Assembly: GCA_900617105.1 (NCBI GenBank) | Contig: UYFQ01000001.1 | Coordinates: 3,348,001-3,412,000, forward strand | DNA length: 64,000 nucleotides | Direction: 5' to 3' | Source of the DNA: Hydrurus foetidus | Taxonomy: Eukaryota | Part shown: positions 32,421 through 41,525 of the stretch, piece after piece | Numbering within the stretch: position 1 is the first letter of the stretch | How the letters are laid out: every line of letters starts with the position of its first letter | Program-made: the position numbers and the translations under genes | The notes under the pieces: generated by a model | What the model was told of the DNA's origin: nothing | Database searches by the model: none | What the model saw: only the letters and a program-made list of their open reading frames with translations

Positions 32421-32460
32421 CTTTGCCTTCCCTTTGGCAGGGAACACGGCGAGATTTTTG
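32421..32460 (+). terminator. Probable terminator between convergent hsdR and ZIP genes
   Basis: TTGCC-TTCCCT-TTGGC-AGGGAA-CAC-GGCGA followed by TTTTT. Confidence 0.5.
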
Positions 32461-32461
32461 G

Positions 32462-33262
32462 CTACTGCGAGTGCGCCAGTCCGCTGATCAACGTCACCAG
32501 CCCAATACCAATCAGCAACCACGCAATTTGTGCGGCGGTTTCTTGCAGTGATGCGCGCTTTTGCAACTGCGGAATCAAGTCAGCCAGCGCCACGTAAATA
32601 AAACTGCTCGACGCGATGATCAAAAAGAACGGCAAAAAGTCGTACAACTGGTCGACCAGCGCGTAGCCCAGCACGCCGCCAAGGGCAGTTACCGCCCCTG
32701 CCAAAGACACTTTGACGATGGCAGCGCGGGGGTTACTCGACGACTGGCGCAGCACCGCCAAATCGCCCATGTGGTGCGGTACTTCGTGCGCCAATACGGC
32801 AAGCGACGCTACCACGCCCAGTCGCATGTCGGCCATAAAAGCTGATGCAATCAAAATGCCGTCGCCAAAGCAATGCACGCTGTCGCCCGCCAGTACCGCC
32901 CAGCCACCTGATGTGGATGCTTTGCCGTGGTCGTGCTGGTGATCGACTGAATGAGCATGTCCGTGCCCACCAACATGCCCACCGCCATGTTCATGCCCGT
33001 GGTGCCACAGTTCCGCCTTGTCAAGCAAAAAGAAAAACACCAAACCAATCAGCAGCGCCGTAAACAGCGCCTGCGCGCCGACCTGGCTTTCAAACGCTTC
33101 GGGCAGCAGGTGCATAAAAGCGGTGGCCAGCAGCGCGCCCGCGGCCAGGCTAAGCATGTGCTGCGTGTATTTGGCCATCAGGCCAAAGCTAAGCGCAGCT
33201 GCCAGCCACACGCTGCCAATGCCAGCCACCAGCGTGCCGATTAAAATTGCTATTAAAGTCAT
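32462..33262 (-). CDS. ZIP-family divalent metal transporter
   Basis: AAGALLATAFMHLLPEA, His-rich loop HHGHEHGGGHVGGHGHAH, GDSVHCFGDG, AHEVPH, FIYVALADLIP. Confidence 0.92.
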   Translation of the reverse strand: MTLIAILIGTLVAGIGSVWLAAALSFGLMAKYTQHMLSLAAGALLATAFMHLLPEAFESQVGAQALFTALLIGLVFFFLLDKAELWHHGHEHGGGHVGGHGHAHSVDHQHDHGKASTSGGWAVLAGDSVHCFGDGILIASAFMADMRLGVVASLAVLAHEVPHHMGDLAVLRQSSSNPRAAIVKVSLAGAVTALGGVLGYALVDQLYDFLPFFLIIASSSFIYVALADLIPQLQKRASLQETAAQIAWLLIGIGLVTLISGLAHSQ

Positions 33263-33305
33263 AGCTGGTCGCGCCCATAGTTATTGGGCTAGGTTGATAT
33301 TTAAT
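33247..33305 (+). repeat. Family A copy 4, overlapping the ZIP start codon
   Basis: TTGCTATTAAAGTCATAGCTGGTCGCGCCCATAGTTATTGGGCTA. Confidence 0.8.
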
Positions 33306-33316
33306 AGGGATTTTTG

Positions 33317-33440
33317 GGCCGGAATGGGCGATAGAGGCACACCCACACCGGGAGCGCTAGTTTATCAAGCACCCGCCGGGCGGCTGGTAGTTGGCGCCAG
33401 TGGCCGATATGCGCGCAACCCATCGCCTATTTCTGAGGCC
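33317..33440 (-). ncRNA. Candidate structured RNA (leader of ZIP gene); unassigned, strand uncertain
   Basis: Long closing stem GGCCGGAATGGGCGAT / ATCGCCTATTTCTGAGGCC enclosing three or four short hairpins. Confidence 0.45.
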
Positions 33441-33522
33441 AGCCTGCCCGGGGCAACCGCCATAATAAGCACTTGAATTTCTTGCGTCGCAGCCTGGTAA
33501 CAACCATTGCGCGTTTGCTAAC

Positions 33523-34179
33523 GTGACCACGACTCCCGCCCACTTGCAGCCTTCAACCCCGCCCGCTTTGCGCCTTGACGCCGTCAGTTGCGTTCGGGGT
33601 GGCCGCACCTTGTTCAGCGGCTTGACTCAGCAATTAGCGCCCGGCGAGTTGTTGCGCGTGTTGGGGGCTAACGGTGCCGGTAAAACCAGCTTGCTGCGCA
33701 TGTTGTGCGGCCTGCTTGAGCCCGCGGATGGGCAAGTGCTGTGGCGCGGCCAAAAACTCAGTGCGCAGCGCACGGCCTTTGGGGCCGAGCTGGTGTACCT
33801 GGGCCACGCCGCCGCACTTAAAGACGAGCTTTCGCCGCTTGAAAACCTGCTGGACGCCAGCGCACTGGGTGGGCGGGCCGCCAGTGCCGCCCAAGCGCTT
33901 GCCGCACTGCGCGATGCCGGTCTGCGCGGCCACGAGCGCACCCCCGCGCGCCGCTTGTCGCAGGGCCAGCGCCGGCGCAGCGCGCTGGCGCGGCTGGCGT
34001 TGTGTCATGCCGCGCCGCTCTGGGTGCTCGATGAGCCGTTTAACGCACTCGACACCGCCGCCACGGCCTGGCTAACGGCGCTGATTGAAACCCATTTGCG
34101 CGGCGCAGGCATGGTGGTGCTGACCAGCCACCAAGACGCGCCTATTAATACGCAGCACGCCAAAGTGTTGACGCTATGA
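33523..34179 (+). CDS. ccmA: Heme exporter ATP-binding protein
   Basis: GANGAGKTSLLR, YLGH, LSQGQRRR, LWVLDEPF, LTSHQ; GTG start uncertain. Confidence 0.93.
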   Translation: MTTTPAHLQPSTPPALRLDAVSCVRGGRTLFSGLTQQLAPGELLRVLGANGAGKTSLLRMLCGLLEPADGQVLWRGQKLSAQRTAFGAELVYLGHAAALKDELSPLENLLDASALGGRAASAAQALAALRDAGLRGHERTPARRLSQGQRRRSALARLALCHAAPLWVLDEPFNALDTAATAWLTALIETHLRGAGMVVLTSHQDAPINTQHAKVLTL

Positions 34180-34898
34180 TGCCGCCCGTCGTGCAATCGC
34201 TGTCGCCTCCACCGTCGCCTTCACCGTCATTGTTCGCGGCTGTGTTGCTGGTGCTTCGGCGCGACTTGCGGGTCGCGCTGCGGAGGCGCTCAGACACCTT
34301 TGCCGCCCTTATTTTCTTTGTGATGGTGGTCAGCCTGTTTCCGCTGGGCGTGGGGCCTGAAGCGCAATTGCTTAGAACCATGGCGCCGGGCGTTTTGTGG
34401 GTGGCTGCCATGCTGGCGTCGATGTTGTCGCTGCAGCGCCTGTTTGCAGACGACTACGCCGACGGAACTTTAGAGCAGATGTTGCTGTCTACCCACTCGC
34501 TGGGCTGGCTGGTGCTGGGCAAAACGCTGGCGCACTGGCTGGGTTCTGGCGTGCCTTTGGTGCTGCTGTCGCCGCTGTTGGCGCTGCAGTTTGATTTGTC
34601 GGCAGCCAGTACCGGCGTGCTGGTGGTGTCGCTTCTGCTGGGTACACCAGTGCTCAGTTTGATTGGCTCTATTGGCGCGGCGTTAACGGTTGGGCTGCGC
34701 GGCTCAAGCGTGCTGCTGTCGCTGTTGGTGCTGCCGCTGTCGATTCCGGTGCTGATTTTTGGCGCGGGTGCGGTCGAGGCTTACAACGCGGGGCTGGGGG
34801 TAGCGGGGCATTTTTCGCTGCTAGGTGCTTTGCTGATTGCAACGTTGCTGGCTTCGCCTTGGGTGGCGGCTGCGGCGCTAAGGATTTCAATGGAATAA
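34176..34898 (+). CDS. ccmB: Heme exporter permease
   Basis: LFPLGVGPE, F..DYADGTLEQ, LVLPLSIPVLIFG. Confidence 0.94.
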   Translation: MMPPVVQSLSPPPSPSPSLFAAVLLVLRRDLRVALRRRSDTFAALIFFVMVVSLFPLGVGPEAQLLRTMAPGVLWVAAMLASMLSLQRLFADDYADGTLEQMLLSTHSLGWLVLGKTLAHWLGSGVPLVLLSPLLALQFDLSAASTGVLVVSLLLGTPVLSLIGSIGAALTVGLRGSSVLLSLLVLPLSIPVLIFGAGAVEAYNAGLGVAGHFSLLGALLIATLLASPWVAAAALRISME

Positions 34899-34986
34899 GG
34901 CCGCTGCGCCCGGTCTGCAACAGGAGCCAGCGGGGTAACAACCCGTGGTACCGACGACAGCAGAATGCCGAATAAACTAAGCCCCT

Positions 34987-35025
34987 TAGTAAGCCAATTT
35001 AGCAAGCCAATCTAGCAAGACAAAT
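34987..35025 (+). repeat. Three degenerate 13-bp tandem repeats
   Basis: TAGTAAGCCAATT TAGCAAGCCAATC TAGCAAGACAAAT. Confidence 0.7.
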
Positions 35026-35029
35026 TAAC

Positions 35030-35773
35030 GTGCCTACCCAACGAATCAACTGGTTTAAGTTTGCCGCCCCACAGCGGTTTTACCCGCTGGCGGGCGCGTT
35101 GACACCGTGGTTTGCTGGCATTGGCTTGCTGCTGGCCGCTTACGGCTTGTATTTGGGCTTGTGGGTAGCGCCCACCGACGCTACACAAGGCCAGGCGTAC
35201 CGAATCATTTTCGTGCACGTACCCACCGCCTGGATGTCGATGGTGCTGTACGTGGCCATGGCCGGCTGGGCGGGCGCGGGGCTGGTGTTTAACTCGCGTT
35301 TGTCGTCCATGATGGCGTGTGCCATTGCCCCCACTGGCGCACTCATGACGGCGCTGGCGCTCTGGACCGGCGCTTTGTGGGGCAAGCCCACTTGGGGCGC
35401 CTGGTGGGTGTGGGATGCGCGCCTGACGTCTGAGCTGGTGCTGCTGTTTTTGTACATCGGTTTTATGTCGTTGCACGCGTCGATTGACGACCCCCGCCGC
35501 GCCGACCGCGCCGCCGGTCTGCTGGCGTTGGTCGGTGTAGTGAACGTGCCCATTATTTACTTTTCAGTCAAGTGGTGGAACACGCTGCACCAAGGTGCGT
35601 CGGTCAGTTTTAAGGGCACCAGCATGGCCACGCCCATGCTGATTGCCATGCTGGTGATGGCGCTGGCGTTTTGGGCTTATTGCATTGCGGTGGTACTCAA
35701 GCGCGTTCGCCTCATTATTTTGGAGCGTGAGCGCCACGCCGACTGGGCGCGCGCCGAGTTGGAGACCACCTGA
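35030..35773 (+). CDS. ccmC: Heme exporter protein C
   Basis: IFVHVP, WGKPTWGAWWVWDARLTS (WWD), WWNTLHQ. Confidence 0.95.
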   Translation: MPTQRINWFKFAAPQRFYPLAGALTPWFAGIGLLLAAYGLYLGLWVAPTDATQGQAYRIIFVHVPTAWMSMVLYVAMAGWAGAGLVFNSRLSSMMACAIAPTGALMTALALWTGALWGKPTWGAWWVWDARLTSELVLLFLYIGFMSLHASIDDPRRADRAAGLLALVGVVNVPIIYFSVKWWNTLHQGASVSFKGTSMATPMLIAMLVMALAFWAYCIAVVLKRVRLIILERERHADWARAELETT

Positions 35774-35955
35774 TGTGGAGCAGTGCAGCTGAGTTTTTGG
35801 CCATGGGCGGCTACGGCCTGTTTGTGTGGGGGTCCATGGGCGCCTGCGCGCTGGTGTGCGCGCTGGAGCCGCTGGCGCTTACCCTCAAGCGGCGTGCGCT
35901 TTTGCGCGAAGCCCAAGAGCAAAGTCAGCCAGATGCGGGACAATCTACAGCATGA
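35773..35955 (+). CDS. ccmD: Heme exporter protein D
   Basis: [19 protein letters not shown] coupling with ccmC. Confidence 0.9.
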   Translation: MWSSAAEFLAMGGYGLFVWGSMGACALVCALEPLALTLKRRALLREAQEQSQPDAGQSTA

Positions 35956-36419
35956 AACCCCGTCACAAACGCGCCCTGGTCATTACCTGCGGACTCGCTG
36001 CGCTGGGCGTGGCTACCGCGCTGGTGCTGAATGCTTTCAACAGTAACCTGGTGTTTTTTTTCAGCCCGACGCAAGTCGCCGCCAATGAAGCGCCCCAAGG
36101 CCGCAGTTTTCGCATTGGCGGGCTGGTCGAACCAAACAGTATTCAGCGCGAAACCAAGGGCTTGACGACCCGCTTTGTAGTCACTGATTTGGCCAAAACC
36201 ATCCCCGTCACATACACCGGGCTGTTGCCCGATTTATTCAAAGAAGGCAAAGGCGTGGTGGCGCAGGGCAAGCTGGGTGCAGACGGTATTTTCAGGGCTG
36301 ACCAAGTGCTGGCCAAGCACGACGAAAACTACATGCCGCCTGAGGCCGCGGACGCCATTGCCAAGGGCAAGGCGGGTGCACCGCAGCAAACCAGCGCCAC
36401 TTTAAAAATGAAGCCGTAA
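35952..36419 (+). CDS. ccmE: Heme chaperone
   Basis: [29 protein letters not shown] overlap with ccmD. Confidence 0.95.
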   Translation: MKPRHKRALVITCGLAALGVATALVLNAFNSNLVFFFSPTQVAANEAPQGRSFRIGGLVEPNSIQRETKGLTTRFVVTDLAKTIPVTYTGLLPDLFKEGKGVVAQGKLGADGIFRADQVLAKHDENYMPPEAADAIAKGKAGAPQQTSATLKMKP

Positions 36420-36453
36420 TGCTTCAAACCCTCAGCTTAGGCACAGGCACACC

Positions 36454-38481
36454 ATGATTAACGAACTCGGCCACTTTGCGCTTATTTTGGCGCTAACCAT
36501 GGCGCTGGCGCAAAGCGTTTTGCCGCTGATTGGCGCGCACAAAGGCAACGCGGCCTGGATGGCTCTGGCCCGGCCTTCAGCCCGCGGGCAATTTATTTTC
36601 ACGGCACTGGCCTACGGCTGCCTGACCTACGCTTTTGTCACCAACGACTTTTCACTTCTGCTGGCCGCGCAGCATTCCAATTCAATGTTGCCGCTGGTGT
36701 ACAAGTTCACGGCAGTCTGGGGCAACCATGAAGGCTCTATCTTGCTGTGGTCGCTGATCCTGTCGGGCTGGACGCTGGCAGTGTCTATTTTCTCAAAGCA
36801 GCTTGATGACCGCATGGTGGCGCGGGTGCTCGGCGTGATGGGGCTGGTCAGCGTGGGCTTTTTGCTGTTCACGCTGCTCACATCAAACCCTTTTGCGCGC
36901 TTGCTGCCCGCTGCGCCTGACGGCCAAGACTTGAACCCGCTGCTGCAAGACCCCGGCATGATCATTCACCCGCCCATGCTCTACATGGGCTATGTGGGCT
37001 TTGTAGTGGCGTTTGCTTTTGCAATTGCTGCGTTGTTGTCGGGCCGGTTAGATGCTGCTTGGGCGCGCTGGTCGCGCCCTTGGACGACGGTGGCCTGGTG
37101 CTTTTTAACGCTGGGCATTGCACTGGGCAGCTTTTGGGCTTATTACGAGCTGGGCTGGGGCGGCTGGTGGTTTTGGGACCCGGTTGAAAATGCGTCGTTT
37201 ATGCCGTGGCTGGTGGGCACCGCGCTCATTCATTCGCTGGCCGTGACTGAAAAGCGTGGCGGCTTCAAAATGTGGACTGCGCTGTTGGCCATCCTGACTT
37301 TTTCACTGTCGCTGCTCGGTACCTTTATTGTGCGTTCGGGCGTGTTGTCGTCAGTGCATGCGTTTGCCACTGACCCCGCTCGCGGCGTGTTTATTTTGGG
37401 ATTTTTGCTGGTGGTGGTGGGTGGTTCGCTGGCGCTGTTTGCGTGGCGCGCGCCGCGTGTCGGCTTGGGCGGCAGCTTTGAGCCGGTATCGCGCGAATCC
37501 ATGCTGTTGGCCAACAACGTGCTGCTGGTGGTGTCTGCAGCGGCGGTGCTGCTGGGCACGTTGTACCCGCTGGTGATTGACGCATTGGGCATGGGCAAGT
37601 TGTCAGTCGGCCCGCCGTATTTTGTGGCGGTGTTTGTGCCGCTGATTGCGCCGGCTTTGTTTTTAATGGGCGTTGGCCCCATGACTCGCTGGCGCCAGGC
37701 AGAAGTTATCGACCTGGCCAAACGCCTGCGTTGGGCGATTGGCGTCAGTGTGCTCAGCGCCATCATTGCGCCCCTGCTTTTGGGCAGTTGGACGCCCATG
37801 ACCGGGCTGGGCTTGTTACTGGCGGCCTGGGTAGCCAGCACGGCTGTGCTTAACCTGGTTACCCGCGTGCGCGAGCACCGTGCGCCCAGTTTGCTGGCCC
37901 GCTTTGCGGCGCAACCCGGCAGCTACTACGGCATGTTGCTGGCGCATTTCGGCATCTCAGTGTTTATCGTCGGCGTAACGGTCGTCAGCAGTTTTCAAAG
38001 TGAAAACGACGTGCGCATGGAGCCGGGCGACACCGCTACCGTTGGCGGCTACAGCTTCAAACTAGACAGTGTGCTCCAGGCCAACGGCCCGAACTACACC
38101 GCCTCACGCGCCACACTCACAGTAACTGACGGAGACAAATTAATTGGCACGCTTAAACCCGAACGGCGCGTGTACACCGTGCGCAGCACGCCCATGACTG
38201 AAGTGGCGATTGACCGCGGCATCACGCGCGATTTGTATGTAGCTCTTGGCGAGCCGGTCAGCTCTACAGCCTGGAGCGTGCGCCTGCACCACAAGCCGTT
38301 CGTTAACTGGATCTGGTTTGGCTGCGTGTTGATGGCGCTAGGCGGCTTGCTGGCCGTGCTCGACCGGCGCTACCGCGCGGTGCGCGTGGCAGCTAAAAAA
38401 GCAGCGCCAATCGCCCCGCCCAACCCCAGGGCTACGCCAAGCGGCACGCCTGCACCGGTCGCGGCAAAAGTAGTTGTGTAA
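36454..38481 (+). CDS. ccmF: Cytochrome c heme lyase
   Basis: WGNHEGS, HPPMLY, WAYYELGWGGWWFWDPVENAS, SVHAFA. Confidence 0.96.
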   Translation: MINELGHFALILALTMALAQSVLPLIGAHKGNAAWMALARPSARGQFIFTALAYGCLTYAFVTNDFSLLLAAQHSNSMLPLVYKFTAVWGNHEGSILLWSLILSGWTLAVSIFSKQLDDRMVARVLGVMGLVSVGFLLFTLLTSNPFARLLPAAPDGQDLNPLLQDPGMIIHPPMLYMGYVGFVVAFAFAIAALLSGRLDAAWARWSRPWTTVAWCFLTLGIALGSFWAYYELGWGGWWFWDPVENASFMPWLVGTALIHSLAVTEKRGGFKMWTALLAILTFSLSLLGTFIVRSGVLSSVHAFATDPARGVFILGFLLVVVGGSLALFAWRAPRVGLGGSFEPVSRESMLLANNVLLVVSAAAVLLGTLYPLVIDALGMGKLSVGPPYFVAVFVPLIAPALFLMGVGPMTRWRQAEVIDLAKRLRWAIGVSVLSAIIAPLLLGSWTPMTGLGLLLAAWVASTAVLNLVTRVREHRAPSLLARFAAQPGSYYGMLLAHFGISVFIVGVTVVSSFQSENDVRMEPGDTATVGGYSFKLDSVLQANGPNYTASRATLTVTDGDKLIGTLKPERRVYTVRSTPMTEVAIDRGITRDLYVALGEPVSSTAWSVRLHHKPFVNWIWFGCVLMALGGLLAVLDRRYRAVRVAAKKAAPIAPPNPRATPSGTPAPVAAKVVV

Positions 38482-39053
38482 TGGTGAACAGCCCTAATAG
38501 CTCGATCAGCACACCCCCCAGCGGCAGCATTAAGCGGTTTTTGCCGCTGATTATTTTCTTGGTGCTGGTCGCGTTTTTGGCTGTGGGTTTGACGCTGAAC
38601 CCGCGTGAAGTGCCGTCGCCGCTGATCAACAAGCCCGTACCAACATTTAATTTGCCGGTGCTGGGCACGCCTGAAAAACGCATGGGAACCCAAGACTTGC
38701 TGGGCACCGTGTGGATGCTCAATGTGTGGGCATCGTGGTGCGTCGCCTGCCGGGTAGAGCACCCGGTGCTGGTTGAGCTGGCCAAAACCAATCAAGTGCC
38801 TATTTACGGGCTGAATTACAAAGACAAATCACCTGCCGCGATTGCCTGGCTGGGCAATTTTGGTAACCCCTACAGCACGTCGCTGGTTGACGCTGATGGG
38901 CTGGTGGGTATTGACTTGGGGGTGTACGGTGTGCCTGAAACGTTTGTGATCGACAAGCAGGGCGTGATTCGCCTTAAGCACATTGGCCCGGTCACGCCAG
39001 AGGCACTGAAGGACACGATTTTGCCGCTGGTCAAAAAACTTTCTGCAAGCTAG
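38481..39053 (+). CDS. ccmG: Thiol:disulfide oxidoreductase DsbE/CcmG
   Basis: WASWCVAC, GVYGVPETF. Confidence 0.95.
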   Translation: MVNSPNSSISTPPSGSIKRFLPLIIFLVLVAFLAVGLTLNPREVPSPLINKPVPTFNLPVLGTPEKRMGTQDLLGTVWMLNVWASWCVACRVEHPVLVELAKTNQVPIYGLNYKDKSPAAIAWLGNFGNPYSTSLVDADGLVGIDLGVYGVPETFVIDKQGVIRLKHIGPVTPEALKDTILPLVKKLSAS

Positions 39054-39056
39054 TTC

Positions 39057-39542
39057 ATGAAGGTATTTTTCGTAGCAATGGCGCTTTGCCTGAGCTTGAT
39101 TGCTCAGGCAAAAGTAGCGCCCACCACCTCGGCTGACCCAGTGTTGGAAGCCCGCATGATGGTAATTGCTGAAGAGCTGCGCTGCCTGGTGTGCCAAAAC
39201 GAAACCATTGCCGCGTCACACGCCGACCTGGCGATTGACTTAAAAAATCAAATCCGCATCAAGCTCACCCAAGGTCAGTCGCAAAAAGAAATTTTGGGTT
39301 TTATGGTCGAGCGCTACGGCGACTTTGTGCTGTACCGCCCGCCGCTTAAAACCACTACTGCGCTGCTGTGGCTGGGGCCGTTTGTGCTGATGGGTGTAGC
39401 CGTGTTGCTGCTGGTGCTGAACGTCAGGCGGCGCCGGCGCAGCGCAGTGGCGGGCACGCAAACCGCCATGAGCGCAAGCGACGTGGCCAAAGCCAGGCAA
39501 CTGCTAGGCGACGCGCCTGAGCCGCAAAACTCCTCCAAATAA
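39057..39542 (+). CDS. ccmH: Cytochrome c biogenesis protein H
   Basis: LRCLVCQNE, RYGDFVLYRPP. Confidence 0.95.
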   Translation: MKVFFVAMALCLSLIAQAKVAPTTSADPVLEARMMVIAEELRCLVCQNETIAASHADLAIDLKNQIRIKLTQGQSQKEILGFMVERYGDFVLYRPPLKTTTALLWLGPFVLMGVAVLLLVLNVRRRRRSAVAGTQTAMSASDVAKARQLLGDAPEPQNSSK

Positions 39543-39556
39543 TCGATGGTGCGCTG

Positions 39557-40852
39557 ATGATGTTGTTCTGGTTTCTTGTCGCGTGCCTTGTTTTGCTCGC
39601 TATTGGTTTGATATTGCCCGCTTTACTCAGCGCAAAACCTGCCGCTGCAGTGCCCAGCGCGGTGGGTGCCCGCCAGGCTAATTTGTCGGTGCTGCGCGAG
39701 CAGCTGGCGCAACTCGATGTGGACTTTGCCGCCGGCAGTTTGAATGCAGAGCAATTGGCGCTGGCCAAAACCGAAATTGAGCGCCGGGCGCTTGAAGAAG
39801 AAAGCACCCTTGAGGCGCCTGTGGCCCAGGCAAAGTCAACCCGCACGGCGATCACTCTGGGGCTGGCGGTGCCGCTGTTGGCATTGGGTATTTACGGCTT
39901 TTTAGGCAACCCGTTTGCGCTGGACCCGATCAGCACGTCGGCCAACAGCACCGCAGATGTGTCGCCCGCGCAAGTCGAAGAAATGGTCAAGCAGTTTGCG
40001 GCGCGGCTTGAAGGCTTGCCGCCGGGCGAGGCGGTCGACCCCAAGGCGTGGGAAATGCTGGCCCGCTCGTATGCGGCCATGCAGAAGTTTCCCGAAGCCA
40101 ACAAAGCCTACAAACGGGCGGTTGAGCTTGCGCCCGGCAACGCGCAGCTGCTGGCTGACCACGCCGATGTCATGGCCATGATGCAGGGCCAAAGCACGTT
40201 GGGCGAGCCCGCCAAGCTCATTGCCCGTGCCTTGGTGCTTGACCCAAACAATCTGAAAGTACTGGCGCTTGCAGGCAGTGCCGCCTTTGAGCGCAACGAC
40301 TTTCCCATGGCCATTGCGCACTGGACCAAAGCGCGCGAGCTTGCGCCTGCAGGCAGTGAATTCGCAAGCGGGCTAGACCGCAGCCTGCAAGAAGCACGTG
40401 CAGCGTCGGGCAAGGCCCCAGCCGTGGTTGCCGAGGCCAGCCCGGCCGGTATGGCCAGCCCTGTAAGCCCGCCCGCTGCCGCCAGCCCGCAACCCGCAGC
40501 CGCTTCCGCAGCCAGCATTCAAGGCGTGGTTAGCTTGGCACCTGCCTTGGCCGCCAAGGTTGCCCCAGACGACACGGTGTTTATCTTTGCGCGCGCAGCT
40601 CAAGGTCCCCGCATGCCGCTGGCAATTTTGAAGCGCAAAGCCAGCGAGCTGCCCATCACCTTCACGCTAGACGACAGCACTGCCATGTCTGACGCCATGA
40701 AGCTGTCCAAGTTTGAAATGGTGGTTGTGGGTGCCCGCGTTTCCAAGTCCGGCAACGCCATGCCGCAAAGCGGCGACCTGACCGGCCAGAGCGCGCCAGT
40801 CAAAGCGGGCGGCAATAAACTGACGCTGGTGATTGACGGCGTGCAGCCTTAA
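39557..40852 (+). CDS. ccmI: Cytochrome c biogenesis TPR protein
   Basis: N-terminal TMs, TPR-like repeats, C-terminal GPRMPLA...ARVSKSG. Confidence 0.92.
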   Translation: MMLFWFLVACLVLLAIGLILPALLSAKPAAAVPSAVGARQANLSVLREQLAQLDVDFAAGSLNAEQLALAKTEIERRALEEESTLEAPVAQAKSTRTAITLGLAVPLLALGIYGFLGNPFALDPISTSANSTADVSPAQVEEMVKQFAARLEGLPPGEAVDPKAWEMLARSYAAMQKFPEANKAYKRAVELAPGNAQLLADHADVMAMMQGQSTLGEPAKLIARALVLDPNNLKVLALAGSAAFERNDFPMAIAHWTKARELAPAGSEFASGLDRSLQEARAASGKAPAVVAEASPAGMASPVSPPAAASPQPAAASAASIQGVVSLAPALAAKVAPDDTVFIFARAAQGPRMPLAILKRKASELPITFTLDDSTAMSDAMKLSKFEMVVVGARVSKSGNAMPQSGDLTGQSAPVKAGGNKLTLVIDGVQP

Positions 40853-40873
40853 GCGCTTGTTTCGCCATCTGAT

Positions 40874-40941
40874 TTGCTATTATTTAAATAGCTGCTCGCG
40901 CCCGATTTTATTGGGCTACGGGCACAAAAAGCTTGTAAAAA
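40874..40941 (+). repeat. Family A copy 5
   Basis: TTGCTATTATTTAAATAGCTGCTCGCGCCCGATTTTATTGGGCTA. Confidence 0.85.
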
Positions 40942-41015
40942 AGGCCAAAACCAGCCTCCATAGGCGTTTCTACAGGCTCTCTTAGGCCTTCACAAGCTCT
41001 GCAGCTCATAGTCGC

Positions 41016-41417
41016 TCAAACTGCCGCAAATCGCCCGCGCAAGTAGGCAATGATCTTGTCTGAGTCATTCATCCACTGGGTGGTTTGGGCAGAACCCGCG
41101 CCGTCGGTAATACGCAGGCAAGGCACCTTGGTTTGCCCGCTTCCAGCCAAAAGCGCCTGGCGGTCGTCGCCCTCATGTTGCGCGTCAACCTGCTTGATGG
41201 GTAGCGACAAACGGCTGATTTCTTGCCGCGTTTTGATGCAAAACGGGCAGGTTTTGAACTGATACAGCGTCAGCGCCTGGCACTCGGCGTCTACCGCCGC
41301 TTGGGCCGGCGCCGCTCTAGCTATGCCTTTGGGGCGGGTTAGCGCTTCTTTGAGCAGCATGAAAGGGCCCAGCACGATGCGCAGGGTTCTAAAAAAGTAA
41401 CGAATAATAATTTTCAT
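41016..41417 (-). CDS. Glutaredoxin / GST N-terminal domain protein
   Basis: LYQFKTCPFC, KVPCLRI. Confidence 0.85.
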   Translation of the reverse strand: MKIIIRYFFRTLRIVLGPFMLLKEALTRPKGIARAAPAQAAVDAECQALTLYQFKTCPFCIKTRQEISRLSLPIKQVDAQHEGDDRQALLAGSGQTKVPCLRITDGAGSAQTTQWMNDSDKIIAYLRGRFAAV

Positions 41418-41489
41418 GTCACCAGTTTAATTGCCCCCCATCAAGCACTCGGTTTGAGGTGCCGTTTTAAAGGTATTTGCATTGCGGCG

Positions 41490-41516
41490 CTTTATGGCGC
41501 AAAATGCGCCATAAAG
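41490..41516. promoter_or_regulatory. Perfect palindrome overlapping RBS of antitoxin-like gene
   Basis: CTTTATGGCGCA-AAA-TGCGCCATAAAG. Confidence 0.65.
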
Positions 41517-41525
41517 GAGCTTTTC

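Noticed and set aside
13234..33420. Genomic island integrated at tRNA-fMet
   Set aside because: No integrase; the only echo of the tRNA 3' end that I saw is 9 bp (CGCGCAACC at 33412), which is chance level
33390..33432. Fluoride riboswitch (minus strand begins TAGGCGATGG)
   Set aside because: Lacks the following TTCGCC pairing segment and the downstream TAATGAC-type motif
33365..33463. 32-codon uORF (MAVAPGRLASEIG...) through the ZIP leader
   Set aside because: No RBS and no His/Cys-rich sensing sequence; its ATG overlaps the putative -10 hexamer
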